This document shows, piece after piece, positions 17,649 through 26,926 of a stretch of 40,639 nucleotides of DNA. Location of the stretch: IMG/VR virus record IMGVR_UViG_3300045988_026640; one strand, 5' to 3'. Source of the stretch: a virus. The notes below the pieces were generated by a model. That model had not been told where the DNA came from, did not search any database, and saw only the letters and a program-made list of their open reading frames with translations. The translations under genes and the position numbers were made by a program. Within the stretch, counting starts at the first letter, position 1, and every line of letters begins with the position of its first letter.

Positions 17649-18052
17649 TGAATAACAATGATTTTTCAGAGGTGTTGCAATATTTCCTAGCCGGTCTAGG
17701 TTTGCCACTGACACCTCGATTAGATTACTTAAACGAAGGCGAAGACTTGGTGATATACGCATTACCTGGTGGCAAGGTTGAAGACGAAGACATGGCTGGC
17801 ACACAGATTTTGTCGTTGCCATTTGAAATCGCCATTAAGTCTAAAGATCAGCAAAAGGTCAATGCAACTCTTTGGAAGATTAACACTGAGCTTTCCAAAA
17901 TCGGTCTCGAATTACCAAGTTTAAACAATTCTTACACATTCTTGTCATTGAAAGTTGAGACACCAAGTCTTAACGATGTCAATGACCAAGACTATTACAT
18001 TTACTTGCTTGATTTGCAAGCAACTATTGAAGTAGAAAGGAGCCTTAATTAA
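17648..18052 (+). CDS. Tail terminator-like neck protein
   Basis: GTG 17648 overlaps the previous TAG (TAGTG) after GGGAGTGA. It is the last gene before the major tail gene. Confidence 0.5.
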   Translation: MNNNDFSEVLQYFLAGLGLPLTPRLDYLNEGEDLVIYALPGGKVEDEDMAGTQILSLPFEIAIKSKDQQKVNATLWKINTELSKIGLELPSLNNSYTFLSLKVETPSLNDVNDQDYYIYLLDLQATIEVERSLN

Positions 18053-18615
18053 TGGCTAAATTTAAAAATGCGATTCGCAAACACTATATCGCACCTTACG
18101 ATCCAGAACATCCAGACACTCCACCAACTGATGACAAATATATGTGGGTTGCCAAGGGCATCAAAGAATCTGCACCAGAAAACGACGCAGAAGACGATGA
18201 CATTGCATATTTCGATGGTGATGGTACTAAAGAAAAAATCATTACTTCAAAATCTCGCGGTCGTTCGTTTGAGGGGCACCGTGATTACGACGATAAAGCC
18301 CAAAACTTTGTCGCAGAAAAAGAAGACGCAGTAGCTGATGATCTCATTATTTGGTACAAGGAAGTAGTACCAACAGGCAAATACTACAAGGAAGGCCCTG
18401 CACGTTTGTCTGAAATCGAAATTGGTGACGGTGAAGCGTCTGAACTTGAATCAATCAAGTTCCAAGTAAACTGGTCACGCACACCAGAGAAACATGAAAT
18501 CACTGCATCACCAGTCGCAGCCGCCGCAGTATCTGGAACTGGTTCGGAAACTTCTGGGCGTGCCGCTCGTTCTGGTGAAACATCAGAAACAGGCACACCA
18601 GTCGTGGGCGGATAA
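18052..18615 (+). CDS. Major tail protein
   Basis: A 187-aa ORF immediately upstream of the chaperone pair and tape measure gene. A strong terminator follows it, typical of highly expressed structural genes. Confidence 0.7.
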   Translation: MAKFKNAIRKHYIAPYDPEHPDTPPTDDKYMWVAKGIKESAPENDAEDDDIAYFDGDGTKEKIITSKSRGRSFEGHRDYDDKAQNFVAEKEDAVADDLIIWYKEVVPTGKYYKEGPARLSEIEIGDGEASELESIKFQVNWSRTPEKHEITASPVAAAAVSGTGSETSGRAARSGETSETGTPVVGG

Positions 18616-18645
18616 TCTAATTAAATAAAACAAGATAAGACAACT

Positions 18646-18679
18646 AGAGGGTAGGGGTTAGCCCTTACCCTCTTTTTTT
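18646..18679 (+). terminator. Intrinsic terminator after the major tail gene
   Basis: A 12-bp stem pairs AGAGGGTAGGGG with CCCTTACCCTCT (one G-T pair) around a 4-nt loop. T7 follows. Confidence 0.8.
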
Positions 18680-18701
18680 CGTAAAAGGAGAACAAAAAAA
18701 C

Positions 18702-19064
18702 ATGGTAGTAATTAAAAAACGTAGCAATGTCATCCCAGTCGATTTCGGTGAGTTCCAACTTAACTTCCCTGTATCAGATAGCAATATCCAACGCATGAAG
18801 GCGGTTGGTGAGGATTTGCAAGCTAAAGGGCAAGCGTTCCAAGAAACAAGCGATGAAGAAGCTCTCGGAGCGTTGAAAACATTGGTAGAAGATGGTTTCA
18901 ATCAAGTATTCGATGATGAAGAAGCGTTCAAACAAGTCTATGCATTCGCTGGTCAGTCAACAATTAACGCTATGTTCTATCTTATTGAAGCCATCAAAGG
19001 CATTTCAGAGGAATTTGAAAGCCAAAATTCAAAAGCCGCCCTCGACAAATATCTAAATGATTGA
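18702..19064 (+). CDS. Tail assembly chaperone (gpG-like position)
   Basis: Acidic 120-aa ORF directly upstream of the tape measure region. Confidence 0.6.
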   Translation: MVVIKKRSNVIPVDFGEFQLNFPVSDSNIQRMKAVGEDLQAKGQAFQETSDEEALGALKTLVEDGFNQVFDDEEAFKQVYAFAGQSTINAMFYLIEAIKGISEEFESQNSKAALDKYLND

Positions 19065-19719
19065 TTTATCACGAAAACTAACAGACAAGTTAGTGATTGA
19101 TGATAAAGAGTACGCCCTTGATTTGTCTTTTGATACCGTCCTTAAAATGTTCGAGATGATGAGGGATGAAGATATACCAGAGTATGTCAAACCGCATTTC
19201 GCTATCCGGATGTTAATCAGTAAAAGCCTAGCTGGAGATACCAGAGAGGAAAAGGCAGAATCGTTTAACAATGATTTTGAAAACTACTCGATTGAAGAGA
19301 TGTCTAAGGTCTTTAAGTCGGTATTTGAAGAGCATATCAGCTTGTCAGACGTCAAGGACAACCATGTTGAGTACGATTTGGCTGGTAACCCTATGAAGAC
19401 CACCGCAAGCGATGATACGAAGCAGAGAGCGCCTTATGACATTAGGTACGACGGTGACTATATCTATGCGTCATTCTTGCAGGCTTACGGCATTGATCTA
19501 TTCGATGTTCAAGGGAAACTTCACTGGAAGAAGTTCAACGCTCTACTTTCTGGACTTCCAGAGGGCACCAAGTTTATGGAAGTTATCAAAATCCGGAAAT
19601 GGAAACCACAAAAGGGCGACTCGGCAGAGTACAAAGAGGAAATGCGTAGACTTCAGAAAGATTATGCTCTCCCTAACGAAGTAATCGAGGAAGATGAAGA
19701 ATATGAAGAAGAATTTTAG
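19057..19719 (+). CDS. Second tail assembly protein (Gp15-like), own ATG
   Basis: An ATGATTGA overlap joins it to the previous gene. The C-terminus is acidic (EEDEEYEEEF). It lies immediately before the tape measure gene. Confidence 0.6.
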   Translation: MIDLSRKLTDKLVIDDKEYALDLSFDTVLKMFEMMRDEDIPEYVKPHFAIRMLISKSLAGDTREEKAESFNNDFENYSIEEMSKVFKSVFEEHISLSDVKDNHVEYDLAGNPMKTTASDDTKQRAPYDIRYDGDYIYASFLQAYGIDLFDVQGKLHWKKFNALLSGLPEGTKFMEVIKIRKWKPQKGDSAEYKEEMRRLQKDYALPNEVIEEDEEYEEEF

Positions 19720-19735
19720 AAAGGAGGGATAATCT

Positions 19736-22700
19736 ATGGCAGATGGTACAGTCACCATCAAGGCGTTATTTGACGGAAAAGACGCTGAGAGTGGGGCTAA
19801 ACGTATCAAGGGAGCTTTGGAAGGCTTGAAAGGTTCAGCTGGTAAGGTTGGTTCAGTGTTTAAATCTGTTTTAGGCGCTAATTTAATCGGTGGGGCCATT
19901 ATGGGCGGTATTAGTGCTCTCGGTAATGGCATGAAGTCAATGGTAGGTGAGCTTAACAGCTCGACCAAGGCATGGAAGACCTTTGAAGGCAACATGCAAC
20001 AGATTAACATGCCAACCGACCAGATTAAGCAAGTCAAAGGCGAGTTGCAAGACTTTGCCACTAAAACCATCTATTCAGCGTCCGACATGGCTTCTACTTA
20101 CTCACAGTTAGCGGCAGTCGGAACGAAGAATACAACCGAGCTCGTTAAGGGCTTTGGTGGTCTTGCAGCGGCAGCAGAGAATCCGCAACAAGCCATGAAA
20201 ACCTTGAGTCAACAAGCAACCCAAATGGCAGCTAAGCCCAAGGTCCAATGGCAAGACTTCAAACTTATGCTAGAACAAACGCCTGCCGGTATTGCGGCGA
20301 TTGCGAAAGAAATGGGCATGAGTACCGCTGAAATGGTTCAGGCAGTCCAGGACGGCAAGATTAAGACCGAGGATTTCTTCGACGCTATTGCTAAAGTTGG
20401 GAACAACGACACATTCAGCAAGATGGCGACAGAATTCAAGACCGTTGACCAAGCCATTGACGGGATGAAAGAGTCTCTTGCTAATAAGCTGATGCCACAG
20501 TTTGAGAAACTCAATCAAATCGGTATCAAGGCAGTCGTTGGGCTTACCGATGCATTAGAAAGAGTTGATATCAACGGAATTGCTGACAAGATTGGCAGTG
20601 GTTTGTCTTCGCTTTGGCAAGGTTTCTCTAATACCGGAGCTTTAAAAAATCTAGGTGCGACCTTCACTTACATTTCAAGCTCAATCAAGCAACTTTTCAG
20701 CAATATCGACGGTAGCAAGCTCATGCAGGGCATTGGCTCAGTGTTTGGTGACATTGCTAACGGCATTTCACAAGCTTTAAACATTGCCACAACATCAGTC
20801 AGAAGCTTCATCAGCTCATTTGCTGATACTGGAGCGTTTCAGTCGTTCAAAGCAGCGGTGGAAGATACTTGGAACGCTCTTAAAACTATCGGTTCGTCAT
20901 TCGGTGAGGTGCTAGGTAGCTCACAAATGCAGTCAATCATTTCAGGTATTGGCTCAGCTCTTGGAACGCTTGTAAACTGGATATCTCAAGCTATTTCAGC
21001 GGTATCTAAATTTGTTAGCTCATTGCCACCGGGTGTCCTAAACGGTATCACAAGCGGTATTTTGGCAATGGTAGCAGGGTTCATGACTGCCAAGGCTGGG
21101 ATTTCAGCGGTAGGTGCTGCATTGAAAGGCTTGGACTTTCTTAAAAGTCTAAATCCATTCAAAAAATTTGGAGCGGATGCAGCAGCAGGAACAGAACAAG
21201 CCGCTAACAGTGCGAGACGTTCTAAATCAACCATCACTCAGCTATTTAGTGGTATATCCAACGTTATCAAGTCGTCTGGTAATGCAATCAAAGGAATCTT
21301 GACAGCTATATTCAAAGGTATTGCTGAAACTTACAAAGGTTTCGGGCAAGGGATGAAATACGTTTTACAAGGTCTTAAAGGATTGAATCCAGTCACCTTG
21401 CTTTCATTCGGTGCTGCCGTAGCCGTTGCCGCAGTCGGTATCGGTGCGGGAATTGCGTTGATCGTTGCTTCGTTCTCACTATTAGCAAGCCATGCTAGTG
21501 GTGTTTCCCAAATCATTGGCTCTATCGGTTCAGCATTTGGCACCGTTGTCGAATCCATTGGTAAGGCAGCAGGAACTATCGTTGAAGCGTTCGGGACTGC
21601 ATTCGCTACCGTAATTACAGCAGTAGGACAAGCTGCGCCTGGACTTGCACAATTATCACCATTGGTCGAAGCCGTTGGCACTGCTCTAGGCAATGCAGCG
21701 CCATTCATTACAGCATTTGGTAATGCTTGGACGTCTATTTTAGGAACGTTGCCAGCTATCATCAGTGCATTTAGTGGATTAGCAACCGCTCTAGGGTCTG
21801 CGATTAGCCAGATAGTTACAGCAGTAACTCCGATTGTTCAAATTATTGGGAATACGATTACAGCCGTAACTCAAATCATAGCTAACGCTATCGTGGCAAT
21901 AGCACCAGTCATCGCTAATTGTATCGTCCAAGTTGCTCAAGTTATCGGACAATTCGGACCACAGATTGCAATGGTTTTACAAGTAATCGTGCAAGCCATT
22001 CAAGCAACGGCACCAGTCATTATGACTTTGATTCAAGGAATTGTCACAGTCGTTCAGACAATGGCACCGGTCATTAGTCAAGTGATTTCGGCCATTGTTA
22101 CAGTCGTTCAGACTCTTGCACCTATTATCAGCCAAATCATTTCAGCAATTGTTACAGCAATCACTCAAATTGTGCCTATCATCACGGCAATTGGTGGTGT
22201 GATTAGCGCTGCATTTAGTGGCATTGCATCGGTTGTGTCAGCAGCGGGAATGGCGATTGCTACCGCTGCAATGGGTATCGGTACGGCTATCAGTACGGCC
22301 CTAAGTGGTGTGGCAAGCATTATCAGTGCCACTGGTTCAGCTATTGGTGCAGCCTTGCAGGGTATTGCTAGCGTAGTGCAATCAGTTGGGACGTCAATCA
22401 GTACAGCGGCAGAAGGTATCGGAAACGGTATCAAATCAGCGTTTGAAGGCATTTCAAGTGTAATCACTTCCGCTGGTAGCGCTATTAGTAGCGTATTGAA
22501 TAGCCTAGCCAATGTGTTCAACTCAATCGGTACGGCTGCTCAAAAAGCGGGGTCTGGTTTCAATCAGCTTGCTAATGGCGTGGTCAAAATCACCAATACC
22601 AACCTTGGAGACATGGCTGCATCTCTTGCGGCGGTTGCTAAAGGTGTTGGGTCAATCGGTAACAACTCAGCAGGACTAGCTCAAGCGGGAACTGGTATGA

Positions 22701-24343
22701 CCAAGCTTGGAGATGGTATGAGCAAGGTGTCTAGTTCAGCATCTAGTGCTGTATCTGGTTTGACATCATTCTCAAGCACGATTACAAGTATTCAATCATC
22801 ATTCACTAGCTTGCAATCATTGTTGACTACGGCAGGAACAGCATTCAGCACGTTCTCAAGTCAAGCTAGTCAATCGCTTGCTGGTTTAACGGCTATTGTA
22901 GCTCCTATCACAGCGTTTAGAACGCAAATCATGACATTGGCGCCAGCCTTGATGGTTGCTGCGACTGGTTTAACTCAGTTCAGTACAGTTTCAATGACGC
23001 TGACAGCAAGCATGACTTCTATCAGCTCAAGCATGACTATGCTAACTACTAGCTTAACGATGTTAGCTGCTCAGTTGACTATGATCACTACGAGCATGAC
23101 CATGATGGCCACTAGCTCAACAATGTTAGGTACTAGCTTAACTCTTGTAGGTACTCAATTCACTATGATTGGTACTTCACTAACCATGCTAAACACTCAA
23201 TTCATGATGTTTGCCACTAGTTTAATGCAAATGACATCACAGCTCATGATGGCAGGGTCAGCGGTAACCATGTTTGGTGCTCAACTCATGACCGCTCAGA
23301 CTGGTTTCAGCATGGTTTCCATGATGGCTACTATGGTATCTAGTCAGCTTGCTATGCTTGCTAGCTCAGCCCAAATGGCAGGAGCTGGACTTGCAATGGT
23401 AAGTGCTCAAGTCATGATGTTAGCTAGCGTATTTGCAACCGTGGGAGCGGCGGCAATGACATTACAGGCTACGATGATGTCATTAGGCATGGCAGTTAGT
23501 GCTGGCATGATGTCAGCGGTCCAAGCGGTAACATCCGGGGCAATGCAAATGACTGCGGCTCTACGTTCTAGCGGTACGCAAATGGTTGCTAGCACACAAG
23601 CCTTCATGAATCAGATTGTGTCAGCAGTACGAAATGGCATGAATCAAGTGGTTGCGGCTATTCGTGCTGGTGGTGCTCAAATGGTATCAGCTATGCAAGC
23701 AAGCGGTCAGCGATTAGTTGCAGTTACGCAAGCAGCCGTTAACCAAGCAGCAGCCGCAGCTAGAGCAGGCTATGGAGCCTTTTTCTCAGCCGGTGCTTAC
23801 ATGGGGCAAGGTCTTGCCGCTGGTCTTAATTCTGCATTAGGTGCAGTTACAGCCGCAGCTAATGCCCTTGTTGCACAAGCGGAAAGAGCAGCACGAGCTA
23901 AAGCCAAAATCCATTCACCTTCTCACTTATTCCGTGACCAAGTTGGTTGGTATATTGGTCTTGGGATCGCTCGAGGTATCGACGAATCAGCTCCAGAGGT
24001 TGCTAATAGCTTGGACTTCATCCGTGACCAAGTCAACGGCTTCAATGTTCGAGCTAATGCCATGCTTACGGGTGCTACTTCAAACATGGCTAGTCAGCTT
24101 AAGATGGAAGTCTTGCGAGATAAAACTCCAGACGCCACCATTTCAGCACGTCAAGAAGCGTATGCTGCACATTCAGCCGGATTGCTTAATGACGTGATTG
24201 ACGCTCTTGTAGATGTCAAGGAACAGATTGCACAAGGTCAAAACATGGTGCTTGATACTGGTGCATTGGTCGGTGGTACGGTTAACAACTTTAACAGTGC
24301 TATTGACACAATTAAAACTTTGAAAGGACGACACAGATTATGA
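19736..24343 (+). CDS. Tail tape measure protein (1535 aa)
   Basis: Largest ORF in the window, located after the chaperones. It has long low-complexity helical repeat blocks rich in Ala/Ser/Thr/Ile/Val/Met. Confidence 0.92.
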   Translation: MADGTVTIKALFDGKDAESGAKRIKGALEGLKGSAGKVGSVFKSVLGANLIGGAIMGGISALGNGMKSMVGELNSSTKAWKTFEGNMQQINMPTDQIKQVKGELQDFATKTIYSASDMASTYSQLAAVGTKNTTELVKGFGGLAAAAENPQQAMKTLSQQATQMAAKPKVQWQDFKLMLEQTPAGIAAIAKEMGMSTAEMVQAVQDGKIKTEDFFDAIAKVGNNDTFSKMATEFKTVDQAIDGMKESLANKLMPQFEKLNQIGIKAVVGLTDALERVDINGIADKIGSGLSSLWQGFSNTGALKNLGATFTYISSSIKQLFSNIDGSKLMQGIGSVFGDIANGISQALNIATTSVRSFISSFADTGAFQSFKAAVEDTWNALKTIGSSFGEVLGSSQMQSIISGIGSALGTLVNWISQAISAVSKFVSSLPPGVLNGITSGILAMVAGFMTAKAGISAVGAALKGLDFLKSLNPFKKFGADAAAGTEQAANSARRSKSTITQLFSGISNVIKSSGNAIKGILTAIFKGIAETYKGFGQGMKYVLQGLKGLNPVTLLSFGAAVAVAAVGIGAGIALIVASFSLLASHASGVSQIIGSIGSAFGTVVESIGKAAGTIVEAFGTAFATVITAVGQAAPGLAQLSPLVEAVGTALGNAAPFITAFGNAWTSILGTLPAIISAFSGLATALGSAISQIVTAVTPIVQIIGNTITAVTQIIANAIVAIAPVIANCIVQVAQVIGQFGPQIAMVLQVIVQAIQATAPVIMTLIQGIVTVVQTMAPVISQVISAIVTVVQTLAPIISQIISAIVTAITQIVPIITAIGGVISAAFSGIASVVSAAGMAIATAAMGIGTAISTALSGVASIISATGSAIGAALQGIASVVQSVGTSISTAAEGIGNGIKSAFEGISSVITSAGSAISSVLNSLANVFNSIGTAAQKAGSGFNQLANGVVKITNTNLGDMAASLAAVAKGVGSIGNNSAGLAQAGTGMTKLGDGMSKVSSSASSAVSGLTSFSSTITSIQSSFTSLQSLLTTAGTAFSTFSSQASQSLAGLTAIVAPITAFRTQIMTLAPALMVAATGLTQFSTVSMTLTASMTSISSSMTMLTTSLTMLAAQLTMITTSMTMMATSSTMLGTSLTLVGTQFTMIGTSLTMLNTQFMMFATSLMQMTSQLMMAGSAVTMFGAQLMTAQTGFSMVSMMATMVSSQLAMLASSAQMAGAGLAMVSAQVMMLASVFATVGAAAMTLQATMMSLGMAVSAGMMSAVQAVTSGAMQMTAALRSSGTQMVASTQAFMNQIVSAVRNGMNQVVAAIRAGGAQMVSAMQASGQRLVAVTQAAVNQAAAAARAGYGAFFSAGAYMGQGLAAGLNSALGAVTAAANALVAQAERAARAKAKIHSPSHLFRDQVGWYIGLGIARGIDESAPEVANSLDFIRDQVNGFNVRANAMLTGATSNMASQLKMEVLRDKTPDATISARQEAYAAHSAGLLNDVIDALVDVKEQIAQGQNMVLDTGALVGGTVNNFNSAIDTIKTLKGRHRL

Positions 24344-25068
24344 TTACTAAAATCAAAGAATATATAGCGTTTGGCGATTTTAATAGCCGGGACGCTGGTT
24401 GGTACCTACAAAAACGTGAAGCACCTACCCCAGACGAAAAAGAGATTGTCGAGTCTATTCCCTATATGCAGGGAGAACTTGACTTCTCTAGTATTCTGAG
24501 TGAGCGTATCTTCGAGTCTAGAGAAATCACATACGAGTTTAAGCTACCTTTCACTGAGTACGAAGACCGTAAAACGGCAGAGCGTACGATTAAATCTCAA
24601 ATGGTTACTAAAACAGAGCGTAAGCTATTTGATACGCATGATAGACGCTACTACTGGATGGGTAAGATTAAGCACATCAAGGTAGCTGACGACCCTATCA
24701 AGAAGAATCTGGTAGCTACCATTGTATTCAAGTGCTATCCGTTCGCATACCACGAAAACGACTATTTCGATGATGTGTGGGACACTTTTGATTTTGAAAG
24801 TGATGACTCAACGTGGACTAAATGGCAACTTGGCTATACAAGAGCAGAAAAAACTATCTATTTCGTAAATTCTGGCGATACATCCATCAACCCAGTAATT
24901 TATTGCGACGAAGACATCACACTGACTGATTCAGAAGGGGTTGTGTACGATTTGAAATCGGGAGAGAGCAAAGAGTTTGCGCTAACTTTGTATCAAGGTA
25001 TCAATTATTTTAAGGCTAAAGGTAATGGCACGATTGCCATGCATTTTAGTAACGAGGTGATGGCATGA
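24340..25068 (+). CDS. Distal tail protein (Dit)
   Basis: A 242-aa ORF coupled (ATGA) to the tape measure stop. Canonical TMP-Dit-Tal order. Confidence 0.75.
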   Translation: MITKIKEYIAFGDFNSRDAGWYLQKREAPTPDEKEIVESIPYMQGELDFSSILSERIFESREITYEFKLPFTEYEDRKTAERTIKSQMVTKTERKLFDTHDRRYYWMGKIKHIKVADDPIKKNLVATIVFKCYPFAYHENDYFDDVWDTFDFESDDSTWTKWQLGYTRAEKTIYFVNSGDTSINPVIYCDEDITLTDSEGVVYDLKSGESKEFALTLYQGINYFKAKGNGTIAMHFSNEVMA

Positions 25069-26924
25069 CTGTATCCGGAAAAATTGAAGTGCTCAACGTT
25101 AGTCATACAGGCTACGCTGTTAAGGTATCTAATTTAAGAAGCGATACCGGCGTTCAAACAGTGCTGTTTCCGACGTGGAGCCGTGCTGAAAAATATTCAC
25201 CAGCATTTGGGAAAATCGCAGACCAAGATGACATCATTTGGTACGAAGGCGTTAAACAAGGTGATTGGTACTGCACTGTTAATATTTCAGACCATGGCTA
25301 TGACCGAGGTGAGTATTTCACGCATATATATGTGATAGATAACTCAGGTCAACTTATCGCGCTTGGTGGTGAAAAAATTAAAGTCCCAGAACCGCCAGCA
25401 GAAGCCAAAAAAAAAGGCGGCTATGCCATCTATTGGTGGGCCAGTTTCTACGATAGGCGCTGGGATAAAACTAACAGAATCACGTCGTTGAGGAAGACTA
25501 TCCACTATCCATACAGCCCTAGAGGGGGCAAGGTAATTTCTGGTGAGTTAACACAGGCATTAAACACAATCCACGAACTTACATTCGTGATGCCGTTCAG
25601 CCATCCCATGTATAACAAAATGGTGCCTTTTAAGTCAATCGTCGAAGTGGTTAATCTGTTTGACGATAAGGTTGAATTCGTGGGGCGTGTTCTTACAACA
25701 ACTAACGAAATGACAACGAATGGTTTCGCTCAGAAAGTAGTGTGCGAGGACTTCTTATCATACCTTCACGATTCTGCTCAGTGGTTCCAAAAGTTACCAA
25801 ACGGCGGGGCAGAATCATACTTGAAGGAGATTTTGAGGGTTGCAAACAGCAGTGTCGAAGATTACAAGCGCATTAATTTAGGCACTTGTACGGTCAAGAG
25901 TAGGACAGACAAACCTTGGCGTTATATCGGGTATGAAGGTACCTGGGACGCTGTCAGAGAGCGTATCATTAATAATATCGGTGGGTATTTAAGGCTCTAT
26001 GAGCACAACACCCGTCTATACGTTGATTGGACTTCTCAAATCGGCGAAACCAAGAAATCACCTATCCAAATCGGACAGAACATTAAATCTGCCCGTCGAG
26101 AACTAGATTTCGACGGGCTAGCTACCCAAATCATGCCAGTCGGTGCCGATGTCCAAAAAGAACAACCAGACGAAGACCAAAGTCCCGATGTCACAAGGGA
26201 GCAGGTCACAATTTGGGAAGTAAACAACAAAAGTTTGTATCTGCAAGACGATGAGCTCGTCAAGGAATTTGGTGTCATTCGTAAACCGGTAATCTGGACA
26301 GAGATTGACAATCCAAAAACCTTGCTAGCTCGTGGTAAGCAGTATTTGCGAAACCAAAAAATCGCACTCGCAAAATGGGCAGTCTCAACAGTAGAACGCT
26401 ATTTGATTGATAATCGTTACGATAAATTTGAAATAGGGAATAAACACCCGATTATTAATGCGCCTCTAAGCAGTATAGAAACATTGCAAATTATGGAAAA
26501 AAAAATTGATATACTGAACCCGCAATTAGTTGATCTAACTATCGGTTCACAACCTCAATCGCTATCTGCTTATCAATTGCAACTTCAAGAAGCGGAAAAA
26601 TCTATCGAGCGTGTCAAACAAGATACTGCAATTGCAACTAAAGAGAAACGACTTAAATCGTTGCGGGACCAACTTGCAGCACTCAAGAACAAGCCTAGTG
26701 TGGCACCTACAGCACCTACAGCGCCTACCCCACCCAAGCCAAACGCTAGTGCAGAAGAAACTGCGGCTTACGATAAGCAGTACGCTGATTATCTAACAGC
26801 CAAGGCGAACTATGACAATCAGCTTGCAGCGTTTAATATGAGCGAGCAAGAGCGCACTAAGGCGATTAAGGACCTAGAAGCCGAAATCGCAAAACTACAA
26901 CAAGAATTGAATGGAGGTAATTAA
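25065..26924 (+). CDS. Tail-associated protein (Tal / prophage tail endopeptidase-like) with N-terminal GBS Bsp-like repeat domain
   Basis: Residues ~10-110 (HTGYAVKVSNL...VLFPTWS...DDIIWYEG...YFTHIYVID) match the Bsp-like repeat pattern. From about residue 130 the protein resembles the Tal N-domain. The C-terminus is a coiled coil plus APTAPTAPTPPKP. Confidence 0.75.
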   Translation: MTVSGKIEVLNVSHTGYAVKVSNLRSDTGVQTVLFPTWSRAEKYSPAFGKIADQDDIIWYEGVKQGDWYCTVNISDHGYDRGEYFTHIYVIDNSGQLIALGGEKIKVPEPPAEAKKKGGYAIYWWASFYDRRWDKTNRITSLRKTIHYPYSPRGGKVISGELTQALNTIHELTFVMPFSHPMYNKMVPFKSIVEVVNLFDDKVEFVGRVLTTTNEMTTNGFAQKVVCEDFLSYLHDSAQWFQKLPNGGAESYLKEILRVANSSVEDYKRINLGTCTVKSRTDKPWRYIGYEGTWDAVRERIINNIGGYLRLYEHNTRLYVDWTSQIGETKKSPIQIGQNIKSARRELDFDGLATQIMPVGADVQKEQPDEDQSPDVTREQVTIWEVNNKSLYLQDDELVKEFGVIRKPVIWTEIDNPKTLLARGKQYLRNQKIALAKWAVSTVERYLIDNRYDKFEIGNKHPIINAPLSSIETLQIMEKKIDILNPQLVDLTIGSQPQSLSAYQLQLQEAEKSIERVKQDTAIATKEKRLKSLRDQLAALKNKPSVAPTAPTAPTPPKPNASAEETAAYDKQYADYLTAKANYDNQLAAFNMSEQERTKAIKDLEAEIAKLQQELNGGN

Positions 26925-26926
26925 AC

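Noticed and set aside
19021-19064. Canonical -1 programmed frameshift joining the two tail chaperone ORFs (G/GT)
   Set aside because: The downstream ORF is in the +1 frame relative to the upstream one, and its frame contains a TAA (19054-19056) immediately before its own ATG. I saw no XXXYYYZ slippery heptamer near the end of the first ORF. The second protein appears to start independently.
19543-23607. Several long minus-strand and alternative-frame ORFs inside the tape measure gene (for example 19543-20070, 21331-21762, 22165-22521)
   Set aside because: These are shadow ORFs produced by the biased, repeat-rich composition of the TMP gene. They have no SD sequences and are incompatible with the packed + strand operon.
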